IMG/VR virus record: IMGVR_UViG_3300012933_000155
Location: 32,001-96,000 of that record
Strand: one strand, 5' to 3'
DNA length: 64,000 nt
Source of the DNA: a virus
The notes under the pieces are model-generated. The model did not search any database and was not told where the DNA came from. It saw only the letters and a program-made list of their open reading frames with translations. Both the position numbers and the translations under genes were made by a program. Positions 37,700-46,996 of the stretch are shown piece after piece (the stretch's first letter is position 1; each line of letters starts with the position of its first letter).

Positions 37700-38607
37700 A
37701 ACAGTACTTAGATTTATTACAAGATATTTTAGATAACGGAGAAGAAAAAGATGATAGAACTGGCGTGGGCACCATTAGTGTTTTTGGACGTAATCTTCGC
37801 TTTGATTTGCGTAGGGGCTTTCCCGCAGTCACTACTAAGAAACTTGCTTGGCGTGCTTGCAAAGGTGAGCTTCTCTGGTTCCTTGAGGGCTCTAGTGATG
37901 AACGTAGATTGGCAGAACTCACCCATGGTACTGCCGAAGGAAAGGTTACTATCTGGACGCCAAATGCACTTGCGCCGTATTGGAAGCATAAAGCCAAGTT
38001 TGAAGGTGACCTCGGACGAGTATACGGAGTTCAATGGCGTCACTGGCAAACCCCAGTCGCTCACAAGCAAGAAACGTTCAAAGACGACTTCGGCAGTCAA
38101 TACAACAGGGGCGGCTCGTTTCACGTTAAAGAAACGGATCAAATCAAAAACCTCATTGAAGGTCTAAAGAAAGATCCTAATGGACGTAGACACATTATCA
38201 ACGCATGGAATGTAGGTGAACTAGACCAAATGGCGTTGCCACCTTGTCACGTTATGTCACAATTTTACGTAAACAAGAACAACGAACTAAGTTGCCACAT
38301 GTATCAACGCAGTGTTGATGTGTTCTTGGGTCTCCCGTTCAATATCGCTAGTTACGCTTTGTTAACTCACATGATTGCACATGTATGTGGTATGGGTGTA
38401 GGTGAGCTTGTTATATCGACAGGTGATACTCATATTTACAAAGACCACGTGACTCAAGTTAAAGAGCAACTAACTCGAACTCCAATGGAAGCACCTACAT
38501 TAGAATTGAATAGTGCAGTGAACGACATTGACCAATTCGATATGGACGATATCCAATTGAAAAATTACAAGTCAATGGACTCTATTAAAGCAAACATGGC
38601 AGTTTAA
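37696..38607 (+). CDS. thyA: Thymidylate synthase
   Basis: DRTGVGT, ELLWFL, MALPPCH, YQRSVDVFLGLPFNIASY. Confidence 0.97.
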   Translation: MKQYLDLLQDILDNGEEKDDRTGVGTISVFGRNLRFDLRRGFPAVTTKKLAWRACKGELLWFLEGSSDERRLAELTHGTAEGKVTIWTPNALAPYWKHKAKFEGDLGRVYGVQWRHWQTPVAHKQETFKDDFGSQYNRGGSFHVKETDQIKNLIEGLKKDPNGRRHIINAWNVGELDQMALPPCHVMSQFYVNKNNELSCHMYQRSVDVFLGLPFNIASYALLTHMIAHVCGMGVGELVISTGDTHIYKDHVTQVKEQLTRTPMEAPTLELNSAVNDIDQFDMDDIQLKNYKSMDSIKANMAV

Positions 38608-38608
38608 C

Positions 38609-38845
38609 ATGGAATATATTGTGAAGCAAATTCGCATGGGGGACTGTGAAGACCCTGACTTGTTTGTTTCACAGCCTATCTATGAGTGGCAACAAACAGA
38701 GGCAGGCAAGTATGTTATGAAGCATAGTAATCCAGAACCTATGTGGTTACGTAGGTTCGATAATAACACATACGGATATATGTATTCTATCAAAGCATAC
38801 TTGACGCCAGAACAATTAACATTTTATAAGTTGAAATTTGAATGA
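38609..38845 (+). CDS. Dispersed L[RK]W-family-like small protein
   Basis: IYEWQQ...LTFYKLKFE. Confidence 0.65.
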   Translation: MEYIVKQIRMGDCEDPDLFVSQPIYEWQQTEAGKYVMKHSNPEPMWLRRFDNNTYGYMYSIKAYLTPEQLTFYKLKFE

Positions 38846-39804
38846 ACATTCTAGTAACAGGTGGCTTGGGTCTTATTGGACACAACGTAGTTAAGAGACT
38901 ACAAGACTTAGGTCACCAAGTATCAATCATCGACAATCAGACGAACTACGGGATTATCCCTCAAGACCAAATTGACTATCTACTAGCAGAACGAAAGAAG
39001 AAGATTCAATTAGGTGACTTCATTTACACTGCTGATATTTCAGACGCACGAAAAGTAAGTTCCATCTTCCATATCGAAGAACCTGAGATTGTGATTCACT
39101 GCGCTAGTTTCCCTAGACAGAAAGTAGTTAACAACGATCCAGCGATGGGTAGTCGGGTAATGAGCGAGGGTCTACTCAACTTATTAGAAGCAAGCAACAC
39201 TTATGATGTGCGTAAGTTCATCTATATCAGTTCGTCAATGGTATATGGTGATTTCAAAGACGATGTGAAAGAAGACTATGACTGCAAACCACAAGGGCAA
39301 TATGGAATCCTCAAACTCGCAGGCGAATGGCTTGTCAAAGATTATACTCGCCGTACTAATCTTGTTCATACTATTATACGCCCCTCTGCTGTATATGGTC
39401 CACTTGACGTTGAAGACCGCGTCATCAGCAAGTTCATACTCCGCGCTATGCGGGGCGATACTCTTAGAGTCAATGGAGCTGACGAAACCCTCGACTTCAC
39501 CTTCGTTGACGACGCCGCAGATGGAATCGTTGCCGCTGCCCTATCAGATAACACAGAAAACAAAACCTACAATATAACTAAATCACATAGTCACAGTTTA
39601 CTTGATGCAGCCAAACTAGCTGTGAACGTAGCCGGTAAAGGTGAAATTGAAGTGGGCGAACGTGATTTAGACTTCCCTAGCAGGGGAGCATTGAATATTG
39701 ATGCAGCCAGACAAGACTTTGGATTCGACCCTAAAGTTGACGTAGAAGAAGGCTTTCAAATCTACTATGATTGGCTAAAGAACTCCTCATATTTTAATAA
39801 ATAA
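38842..39804 (+). CDS. NAD-dependent nucleotide-sugar epimerase/dehydratase
   Basis: TGGLGLIG, ISSSMVYG, YGILK (YxxxK), LDFTFVDD. Confidence 0.92.
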   Translation: MNILVTGGLGLIGHNVVKRLQDLGHQVSIIDNQTNYGIIPQDQIDYLLAERKKKIQLGDFIYTADISDARKVSSIFHIEEPEIVIHCASFPRQKVVNNDPAMGSRVMSEGLLNLLEASNTYDVRKFIYISSSMVYGDFKDDVKEDYDCKPQGQYGILKLAGEWLVKDYTRRTNLVHTIIRPSAVYGPLDVEDRVISKFILRAMRGDTLRVNGADETLDFTFVDDAADGIVAAALSDNTENKTYNITKSHSHSLLDAAKLAVNVAGKGEIEVGERDLDFPSRGALNIDAARQDFGFDPKVDVEEGFQIYYDWLKNSSYFNK

Positions 39805-39808
39805 GAGC

Positions 39809-40237
39809 ATGTTCATCTTTGAAATTACACCATCTTGGGTCTTCCATTCACTATTCTATCTTAGCATAGTTTCGATTATTCTTGGCTTTGCCTTTGGTAA
39901 AGCTAAGTTGATTAAGAGATACGCACTGATGCTTAAAATCTCAGGTGTAATTGGATTTGCTGCTGCCACATTCCTTGAAGGGGCATTATATGATTACAAT
40001 GTCATGCAGACTCGAATCGAAGAAGCAAAGCAACAGACCGCAGAATACGAGCAGAAGAACAAAGAATTGAACGACAAGTTAGCAAAGAAAGCTACTGCTA
40101 CAAAGCAAAAGATTCAGGTCAAGAAAGAATACATCACTCGTTATATCGACCGTGAAGTTAAGAAGTATGATAACACTTGTGCAATTCCAAAAGAGTTTGT
40201 GAAAGCGCACAATGATTCAGCGGAGAAAGCAAAATGA
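39809..40237 (+). CDS. Putative i-spanin (Rz-like)
   Basis: N-terminal TM helices, then coiled coil; overlaps a lipoprotein gene. Confidence 0.65.
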   Translation: MFIFEITPSWVFHSLFYLSIVSIILGFAFGKAKLIKRYALMLKISGVIGFAAATFLEGALYDYNVMQTRIEEAKQQTAEYEQKNKELNDKLAKKATATKQKIQVKKEYITRYIDREVKKYDNTCAIPKEFVKAHNDSAEKAK

Positions 40238-40545
40238 ACTACGATCCTAAAGAAATGTTCAAGGGTATCTTTACTTTTGTCGTAATCATGCTAGTTATCG
40301 TGTTTATATTGACAGGATGCACGACTCCACCTGTCATACCTAAGTTCCCCGAAGCACCTGTTAAGGCTGGAGCTATGGAACAATGCCCCGACCTTGAAAA
40401 ACTCAAAGACGGGGCAAAATTAAGTGATGTTAGCAAGACAATCACAATCAACTATTCAACTTACTACGAATGTGCAGTTAAGTCAGATACGTGGATTGAA
40501 TGGTATCAAATTAACAAAATCAACTTCGACAAAATCGGCAAGTAA
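40234..40545 (+). CDS. Putative o-spanin lipoprotein (Rz1-like)
   Basis: Lipobox ILTGC followed by Pro-rich segment. Confidence 0.7.
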   Translation: MNYDPKEMFKGIFTFVVIMLVIVFILTGCTTPPVIPKFPEAPVKAGAMEQCPDLEKLKDGAKLSDVSKTITINYSTYYECAVKSDTWIEWYQINKINFDKIGK

Positions 40546-41373
40546 TTACTCGTCAACTGCACCTTTGCACTTGGCACGTTTAGCGTTCGTTAAAGCGCCA
40601 AAGTTTACTGGCCATTCAGTTCCCGGAGCTAACTCTTTAGCATTTGCTGGGAACATATACTGAACCCCTGCTTCTTTCATAATGTCGGCAACTGGCACAC
40701 GGAACTTAGTCAAATCATTTCCTAAGTTAACGTATGGCTTAGTGTGAGGGAATCTCCAACCTGCAACTTGTCCTGTTTGATTGTTGATAACAATCTTGTA
40801 GAACCCATGAGGAACGATAACGTCTTTGCTCTTGCCAATGAATTCATCACCAGCGCCATACATAGCTCCAACGAATATCGTATAGCTTTGGTTCGTTTGT
40901 ACTGCCCAACCACGTACTGAAGTTTCCAGTAACTTCCAGATTCCACGGTTTAGACTTCCATGCTGTGGATACATGTTTGTCATTAAAAAACTCTCGTATT
41001 CCACTTGCTGGGTGTAAGATAGGTCACCATCCGGCGCCGCGTGTCCCTTGTCGTATCCTGTACCAGCATAGTCATCAGGTCTTGCACCTGTGCCATTTAA
41101 AGACTGGTCAGCCACGAAGGCGTTTGTTCTGGGAAAGCAACCTAATGCGTTTTCAGGCTTTAATGTATACGCTACATAAGCCGGAATTTTAACTGGTGCG
41201 TCATAAGCGACTAGATAGCCCTCTCGGCAAATTGCACTTACTTGACGCTGTGTGTTTGCAAACCCATATGGACTATGGACTTGACATTGTTGAACGGGTA
41301 GAGGGGCTCTTTGGTCCCATGCTTGTGCGGATGCTGATACAACTAACAACAATCCTAATAGAAATTTACGCAT
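40546..41373 (-). CDS. Exported DNA/RNA non-specific endonuclease (NucA/Serratia type)
   Basis: Signal peptide (ASAQA), YDKGHAAP, TNMYPQHGSLNRGIWKLLE, VPHGFYKIV. Confidence 0.9.
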   Translation of the reverse strand: MRKFLLGLLLVVSASAQAWDQRAPLPVQQCQVHSPYGFANTQRQVSAICREGYLVAYDAPVKIPAYVAYTLKPENALGCFPRTNAFVADQSLNGTGARPDDYAGTGYDKGHAAPDGDLSYTQQVEYESFLMTNMYPQHGSLNRGIWKLLETSVRGWAVQTNQSYTIFVGAMYGAGDEFIGKSKDVIVPHGFYKIVINNQTGQVAGWRFPHTKPYVNLGNDLTKFRVPVADIMKEAGVQYMFPANAKELAPGTEWPVNFGALTNAKRAKCKGAVDE

Positions 41374-41454
41374 AAATGCTCCTTAAATAGTCTACTATTT
41401 ATACCCAAAATGTTCCTTCGCTACAGATAAATACATGATATTGGAATCTAAACT

Positions 41455-42243
41455 ATGACCACAGTTAATCAAGTTGATATAGGTATTGTACCTAACGATG
41501 CCGGCGGTGACCCGCTCAGAGTTGCCTTTGCAAAGATTAATGATAACTTCAACTATCTTTCAAGTCTCGCCCCGAACGGACCTGAAGGTGCAGTGCAATA
41601 CATTTATGACGGTTTGTCTAAAGGTGACGCTAACCTTGTATACAATCAAGTTACCGGCGTACTTGATATTAATATCGACACGATTCCACTGAGGGACAAT
41701 GAACTTGATTTAGGCTCAGACGTACAGCGTTTTGCTCATCTTTATTTAGGTACTACTGGTGTCTCTATCGGTCACGTATCCATTGCTCAAACTGACTTAA
41801 ACACATTGTCATTCCCCGCTATCGGAGGGTTAGAACCAGAGAATGCAAGCATCAACGTTAAGAACGTAAATGCAGACGGTAACGTAAACGTATCAGGATC
41901 ATTAGTAGTCAACGGTTCTTCTAGCGGAACTATCACAGTCATTACAAATGATAACTCAACTAACCAAGTAGTATTTGAGTTACCAGTTTCAGATTTTGAC
42001 AATGGCACATTTCAAATTACTTCACGCAGCTTAGTTGACACTAACAGTCAGAAAGTAACCTTAGAAGTATTGAAAGCAACGTCAAACATTGCTGTTAAGT
42101 TCTCGGCATTCGGTACATTGTTCTCAGGAGCACCTATCACTAGATATAATGCTGATGTAGGTTACGGCAATGTAAGAGTAATGGTGAATCCTATGTTCAA
42201 TCAAGATATCGAGCACTCAATTAAGTTCACGATAAATACATAA
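41455..42243 (+). CDS. Baseplate/virion structural protein (T4 gp9/gp10-like N-terminus)
   Basis: IGIVPNDAGGDPLRVAFAKINDNF. Confidence 0.65.
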   Translation: MTTVNQVDIGIVPNDAGGDPLRVAFAKINDNFNYLSSLAPNGPEGAVQYIYDGLSKGDANLVYNQVTGVLDINIDTIPLRDNELDLGSDVQRFAHLYLGTTGVSIGHVSIAQTDLNTLSFPAIGGLEPENASINVKNVNADGNVNVSGSLVVNGSSSGTITVITNDNSTNQVVFELPVSDFDNGTFQITSRSLVDTNSQKVTLEVLKATSNIAVKFSAFGTLFSGAPITRYNADVGYGNVRVMVNPMFNQDIEHSIKFTINT

Positions 42244-42244
42244 T

Positions 42245-42613
42245 ATGAGAGCAACCGAATTCATCAGTGAGTCTAGTGAAAAGAAAATTTCTAAAAGACA
42301 GCAAGAGCCTACAAAGGGCTTGAACACATATGGCGATAGTGAGCACGTAAGCGGGGATTACACTGGTTATAGATTGGGCATGGCAGTTGCTGGAGCAGAT
42401 GGTAAAACCCCGTTAGATATGAAGGCTAAAAGTTGGGTAGGTAAAAAGAAAACAACTCATCCATACACCAAAGAAGAACAAGATATGCTTAAACAAGCAT
42501 ACAAAGCAGTCGGTGCAGAATATACTGACGTAAACAGTGGGGACATGGCTAGTAAAGAACTAGAAGATACTCACAAAGTCAGTCCTGTAACTGGCTTCAA
42601 AGGCTTCAAATAA
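42245..42613 (+). CDS. Hypothetical late protein
   Basis: TAAATA 7 nt upstream. Confidence 0.7.
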   Translation: MRATEFISESSEKKISKRQQEPTKGLNTYGDSEHVSGDYTGYRLGMAVAGADGKTPLDMKAKSWVGKKKTTHPYTKEEQDMLKQAYKAVGAEYTDVNSGDMASKELEDTHKVSPVTGFKGFK

Positions 42614-42650
42614 AAATTTTCAACCTATACTTCTGTCTGTAAATAGAAGT

Positions 42651-43340
42651 ATGATTGACATTAACAACACCCTAGACTTACTTAAACTCAAATTCTATAA
42701 CGAATGGTTGTACACTAGCCATTTAGCAGACGAAGGAGAGTCAAAACTTCACAGTTCATTAACCAAGCAAATCGTACCTAATTATGTTGAACCATTAAAC
42801 TTACGTAAAGATGGTTTTATCGTAGATATTGGCTGCGGCGTAGGTTACTTCTTGGACGAGATGAAAGAACGAGGATTCACTAATGTAGTGGGCACTACTC
42901 TCAGTGAAAACGATGCCAAGATTTGTAAAGAAAAAGGACACGATGTACGCATTCATGACCCTAGCTTCTTGCCACAAACAGATGGGTTCCATGATGAAAG
43001 CGTTGATTTCATTTTCTTACGTCACACTTTACAACAAAGTCCATATCCTATTCTAAGTTTGACTGAATACAATCGTATTTTGCGTCAGTTTGGTAAAATG
43101 TACATTGAAGTACCTGCACCCGAATGCGAACGTAAGCATGAATTTGTTTCTAGTAACTACAGTGTTTTGGGTATGGTTCAATGGATTGCATTGCTTGAAC
43201 GAACTGGATTTAACATTGACAAGTTCAACAATTTAGAGTTTGATGTGACAGTAACAACACCAGAAGGTGAATCAAAGTCTATCAAGGAAAAGTATTTTGC
43301 TATCTCTGTTACAAAACAAAGGCCGCTAGATATCAAATAA
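42651..43340 (+). CDS. Class I SAM-dependent methyltransferase
   Basis: VDIGCGVG motif I; VDFIFLRH; RILRQFGKMYIEVP. Confidence 0.85.
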   Translation: MIDINNTLDLLKLKFYNEWLYTSHLADEGESKLHSSLTKQIVPNYVEPLNLRKDGFIVDIGCGVGYFLDEMKERGFTNVVGTTLSENDAKICKEKGHDVRIHDPSFLPQTDGFHDESVDFIFLRHTLQQSPYPILSLTEYNRILRQFGKMYIEVPAPECERKHEFVSSNYSVLGMVQWIALLERTGFNIDKFNNLEFDVTVTTPEGESKSIKEKYFAISVTKQRPLDIK

Positions 43341-43344
43341 ATAG

Positions 43345-43617
43345 TTGATGACGTTCGACCCATTCAAACAAGCACAACTAATGAACGGATTTGATAAACT
43401 CAAGTCCGTTTCCATACCTGCGCAAAACGTTGATGAGTTGGGCGACCTAAAGAAACTAGCAGGGATAGATAATCAACCTAGCTACGGTGAGAACACTAGT
43501 GCTTACGCAACGAATTTAGGACAGATACAACGTGAACGAAATATCAAACCGGGCACAGATGAATGGTTCAGATTGTGGTTTAGTAAAACTACACTCACTG
43601 GTGAGAAACCATATTAA
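43345..43617 (+). CDS. Hypothetical protein upstream of terminase
   Basis: NIKPGTDEWFRLWF. Confidence 0.7.
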   Translation: MMTFDPFKQAQLMNGFDKLKSVSIPAQNVDELGDLKKLAGIDNQPSYGENTSAYATNLGQIQRERNIKPGTDEWFRLWFSKTTLTGEKPY

Positions 43618-43643
43618 CCAAAAAATACTAACTAAATAAAATT

Positions 43644-45188
43644 ATGAGCGGAACACCTACCTTAATCAAAAACCCGTACGAGAAAACGAAGTTTGCCGAC
43701 GAGAAAGAATTAAACGACTTTATCAAGTGCTGTGACCCTAACACAGGTCCAATGTACTTCATGGATAACTTCTTTATGATTCAGCATCCTACAAAAGGAT
43801 CGATGAACTATCACCCGTACGAATATCAGAAACGATTGATTGAAAACTATCACAACAATCGTTACTCAATCTCATTGATGCCTCGACAAACAGGTAAGTC
43901 AACAAGTGCTGCTGGATATCTATTGTGGTACGCTATGTTTGTACCTGACTCAACGATTCTAATTGCGGCACACAAATATACAGGTGCTCAAGAAATTATG
44001 CAACGTGTGCGCTATGCATACGAGAACTGCCCTGACCATATTAAAGCAGGTGTCACAACATACAACAAAGGCTCACTAGACTTTGAGAATGGCTCACGTA
44101 TTGTTTCAGCTACAACTACTGAAAACACTGGTCGTGGTATGTCTATTACACTTCTATACCTTGACGAATTTGCTTTCGTTCGACCTACGATTGCGACAGA
44201 ATTCTGGACTGCTATTACACCTACTCTAGCGACTGGTGGTAAAGCGATTATTACAAGTACTCCTAACTCAGACGAAGATACGTTTGCGTTAATTTGGAAG
44301 GGTGCTAACAAATGTGAAGATGAGTTTGGTAACAAAACAGATGTAGGTGTTAACGGCTTTAAAGCATATCGTGCTTACTGGCAAGAACACCCAGAGCGTG
44401 ACGAAGAATGGGCTGCAAAGATTAAAGCACAACTTGGCGAGGATAGATTCCGTCGAGAAATTGGATGTGAGTTCATTATTGCTGATGAAACATTGATTGC
44501 TCCTACAACATTGATTGACATGGAGGGAGTTGAACCTTCATTTAGACAAGGACAAGTTCGCTGGTACAAGAAACCAGAGAAAGATAAAATCTACACGATT
44601 GCGTTAGACCCTGCTGTTGGTACAGGTGGCGACTATGCTGCTATTCAAATCTTTGAAGCAAACTCAACTACTCAAGTGGGTGAGTGGAAGCACAACAAGA
44701 CTCCTATTCCTGAGCAAATTAAGCTGATAGCTAGTATCAGCAAGTACATACTTGAATGCACCGAGCAACCTACGAACATCTATTACTCAGTTGAAAACAA
44801 CTCTGTGGGTGAAGGCGCACTAATCTCGTTACAAGAATACGGTGAGGCAAATATCCCAGGGACATTCTTATGTGAGCCCGGAAAGAAGCGTAAAGGTTTC
44901 ACCACGACACACAAGACTAAGATGGCTGCGTGTACTAAGTTTAAACATCTACTGGAATCAAAGAAGATGAAGATTCTAAGTCATAGCTTAATCAGTGAAT
45001 TGAAGAACTATATTGCGTCAAAGGATAGTTTTGCTGCGAAAATCGGCGAAACTGACGACTTAGTTGCATCTACACTGTTAACCATCAGAATGATTCAGGA
45101 TTTAGGGGACTATCACTATAACTTAGAAGAACAGATTCGTGACCATGACGATATCGTTCTACCTTTACCCTTCTACGCTATTCTGTGA
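43644..45188 (+). CDS. Terminase large subunit (T4 gp17-like)
   Basis: MPRQTGKS, YLDEFAF, ITSTPN, IALDPAVGTGGDY, VENNSVG, DDLV. Confidence 0.95.
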   Translation: MSGTPTLIKNPYEKTKFADEKELNDFIKCCDPNTGPMYFMDNFFMIQHPTKGSMNYHPYEYQKRLIENYHNNRYSISLMPRQTGKSTSAAGYLLWYAMFVPDSTILIAAHKYTGAQEIMQRVRYAYENCPDHIKAGVTTYNKGSLDFENGSRIVSATTTENTGRGMSITLLYLDEFAFVRPTIATEFWTAITPTLATGGKAIITSTPNSDEDTFALIWKGANKCEDEFGNKTDVGVNGFKAYRAYWQEHPERDEEWAAKIKAQLGEDRFRREIGCEFIIADETLIAPTTLIDMEGVEPSFRQGQVRWYKKPEKDKIYTIALDPAVGTGGDYAAIQIFEANSTTQVGEWKHNKTPIPEQIKLIASISKYILECTEQPTNIYYSVENNSVGEGALISLQEYGEANIPGTFLCEPGKKRKGFTTTHKTKMAACTKFKHLLESKKMKILSHSLISELKNYIASKDSFAAKIGETDDLVASTLLTIRMIQDLGDYHYNLEEQIRDHDDIVLPLPFYAIL

Positions 45189-45213
45189 TAAATACAATAT
45201 AGAGACTATTACC

Positions 45214-46515
45214 ATGGCAAAATCAAGAATTAACGATAAATTATACGGATTACTAGACAGCAGAGGATACAAACCTGATATGTACGACAGTTCAGGTAAA
45301 AAAGTTGCTGTTCCAGAAGAGGCAGAGTTGATGCAGTTTTCTTTCATCAAAGACGGTGAAGATTACGGCAGAGCAACTGTTACCATTGACGGTTCACATC
45401 GTTTAATTGTATATTACAACGACAAGATTTCACAAAGCCCTAAAGCGGGTTCACAAGATTCTCAGTCATGGGAACAGTTGATGAAACAGTTACGCAAATT
45501 CGCTATTAACTACCAATTGGGGTTTGAGCGCAAAGATGTTGATGATTTAGAAAGTGATATGGCAGTGAGAGCACATAACAAACGTGAAGGTCTAGCAGAA
45601 GGCTACCATGCAATGGGTAAGAAACAGAGTTACAACGATGTAATTCCTGAAACAAAAATTATCATCAAGCACTCAAAGCAAATGGAAGAAGGTGAACAAC
45701 GCTTCCGTAGTGTTGAAAAGATTTTTATCGAAACTGCACAAGGTGAACGTTTCTTAGCTCCTACAAATAGACCCGGCATTGCTCAAATCTATGCTCGTCA
45801 CGTTGCTGAAGGTGGCAGACCTAGCGATGAAAGATGGAATCACATCAATGAGATGTGTGATGAATATTCAAAGATGGCAGGCTTTGTTCGTGCTACTAAA
45901 GGTAAGCAGTTCAATGAATCAACTGAGAAGTTAGTCAACGAAGGCATGAATCATTATTCAAAACTACGTGAGTGTTTGAGTAAGATGCGTGGCAGAAAAG
46001 GATATCACGCTTACTTTGAATCATGGACTCCTGCACTGCAAGAAGATGAAGTGAATGAAGATTTGTCAGGCATGTTCATGTCAAGTTCATTAGACCCGCG
46101 TATTGAATCAGTAATGCCTATCCTAAGCAAGTTGAACAAGAACATAGCTGAATCAAAGCCAATGGCAGAAGTCATCGCACTACAAGACTGGGCAGACAAC
46201 ACAACTGAATCAATCGGTGATGTTGAAGATTATGTTGACCCAGAAGAAGCTGACTACGGTGACGAGTACCAAAAGTCTGCATCAAGTGCAGGCGAAGCAG
46301 TCAAGCGCATTGAAAAGAAATTAGGTAAAGTTGATATTGCTGCATTGGCAAAGAAACTTAACCGTGAAGAAACGTCAGAAGGTTTAGATGCAGACCAAAA
46401 GGCAGCAGGTCAGTTAGGACCAACTGGTCGCCCAGCTAAGAAGGGTGATTTAGTAGGAGCATCCGAATCCGTTGATCCTGCAATCGCACGTATGCGTAAA
46501 TTGTCTGGGATGTAA
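45214..46515 (+). CDS. Hypothetical late protein
   Basis: Long ORF after TAAATA (45189); start inferred at ATG 45214. Confidence 0.75.
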   Translation: MAKSRINDKLYGLLDSRGYKPDMYDSSGKKVAVPEEAELMQFSFIKDGEDYGRATVTIDGSHRLIVYYNDKISQSPKAGSQDSQSWEQLMKQLRKFAINYQLGFERKDVDDLESDMAVRAHNKREGLAEGYHAMGKKQSYNDVIPETKIIIKHSKQMEEGEQRFRSVEKIFIETAQGERFLAPTNRPGIAQIYARHVAEGGRPSDERWNHINEMCDEYSKMAGFVRATKGKQFNESTEKLVNEGMNHYSKLRECLSKMRGRKGYHAYFESWTPALQEDEVNEDLSGMFMSSSLDPRIESVMPILSKLNKNIAESKPMAEVIALQDWADNTTESIGDVEDYVDPEEADYGDEYQKSASSAGEAVKRIEKKLGKVDIAALAKKLNREETSEGLDADQKAAGQLGPTGRPAKKGDLVGASESVDPAIARMRKLSGM

Positions 46516-46516
46516 T

Positions 46517-46855
46517 ATGAAAGAAATTAAGTTATTTGAATCTTGGGCAGAGAATCTAGTCAATGAAGCGTCCGAGATTCGTATGGGTACACCAATCAAA
46601 GGTAAAGCGGATCGTCCTTTACCTAGAGAACACGATATCAACTACAAAGCACAATTAGCTCACCCGGAGTTAAGCCCGGAACAAGCCCTTGCCAAATACT
46701 TGGAAGATGAACTTGAACAAAACGAAAAAGTTGACAGACTACAAAACAAAGAAATCAACCAAATCGAAAAAGAAGTTGACCACGTTGAACACGGTGAGGA
46801 AGACATTAAAGCCGAAATTGCACGCCTAATGCAATTAATCAAAACGGCACAATAA
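46517..46855 (+). CDS. Hypothetical acidic coiled-coil protein
   Basis: Start 1 nt after upstream stop. Confidence 0.7.
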   Translation: MKEIKLFESWAENLVNEASEIRMGTPIKGKADRPLPREHDINYKAQLAHPELSPEQALAKYLEDELEQNEKVDRLQNKEINQIEKEVDHVEHGEEDIKAEIARLMQLIKTAQ

Positions 46856-46996
46856 AAAGTATATTTGCCCTAATAAGGCATAAATACTATTGACGTTGAC
46901 AGATAGTTTTGCTATACTATCTTCTACGTTAGATACTAATAGGTAGTATCGAATATTAAACAGAGACCATCTCAATTTATATAAGGAAAATTAATC

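Noticed and set aside
37638-38167. Alternative-frame and antisense ORFs over thyA (and similar shadows elsewhere)
   Set aside because: They lie wholly within well-supported genes and have no RBS or motifs
13968-46950. Shared ATAGG loop in three hairpins as a protein-binding motif
   Set aside because: Only three short instances, one better read as a cATAGg terminator tetraloop; chance cannot be excluded
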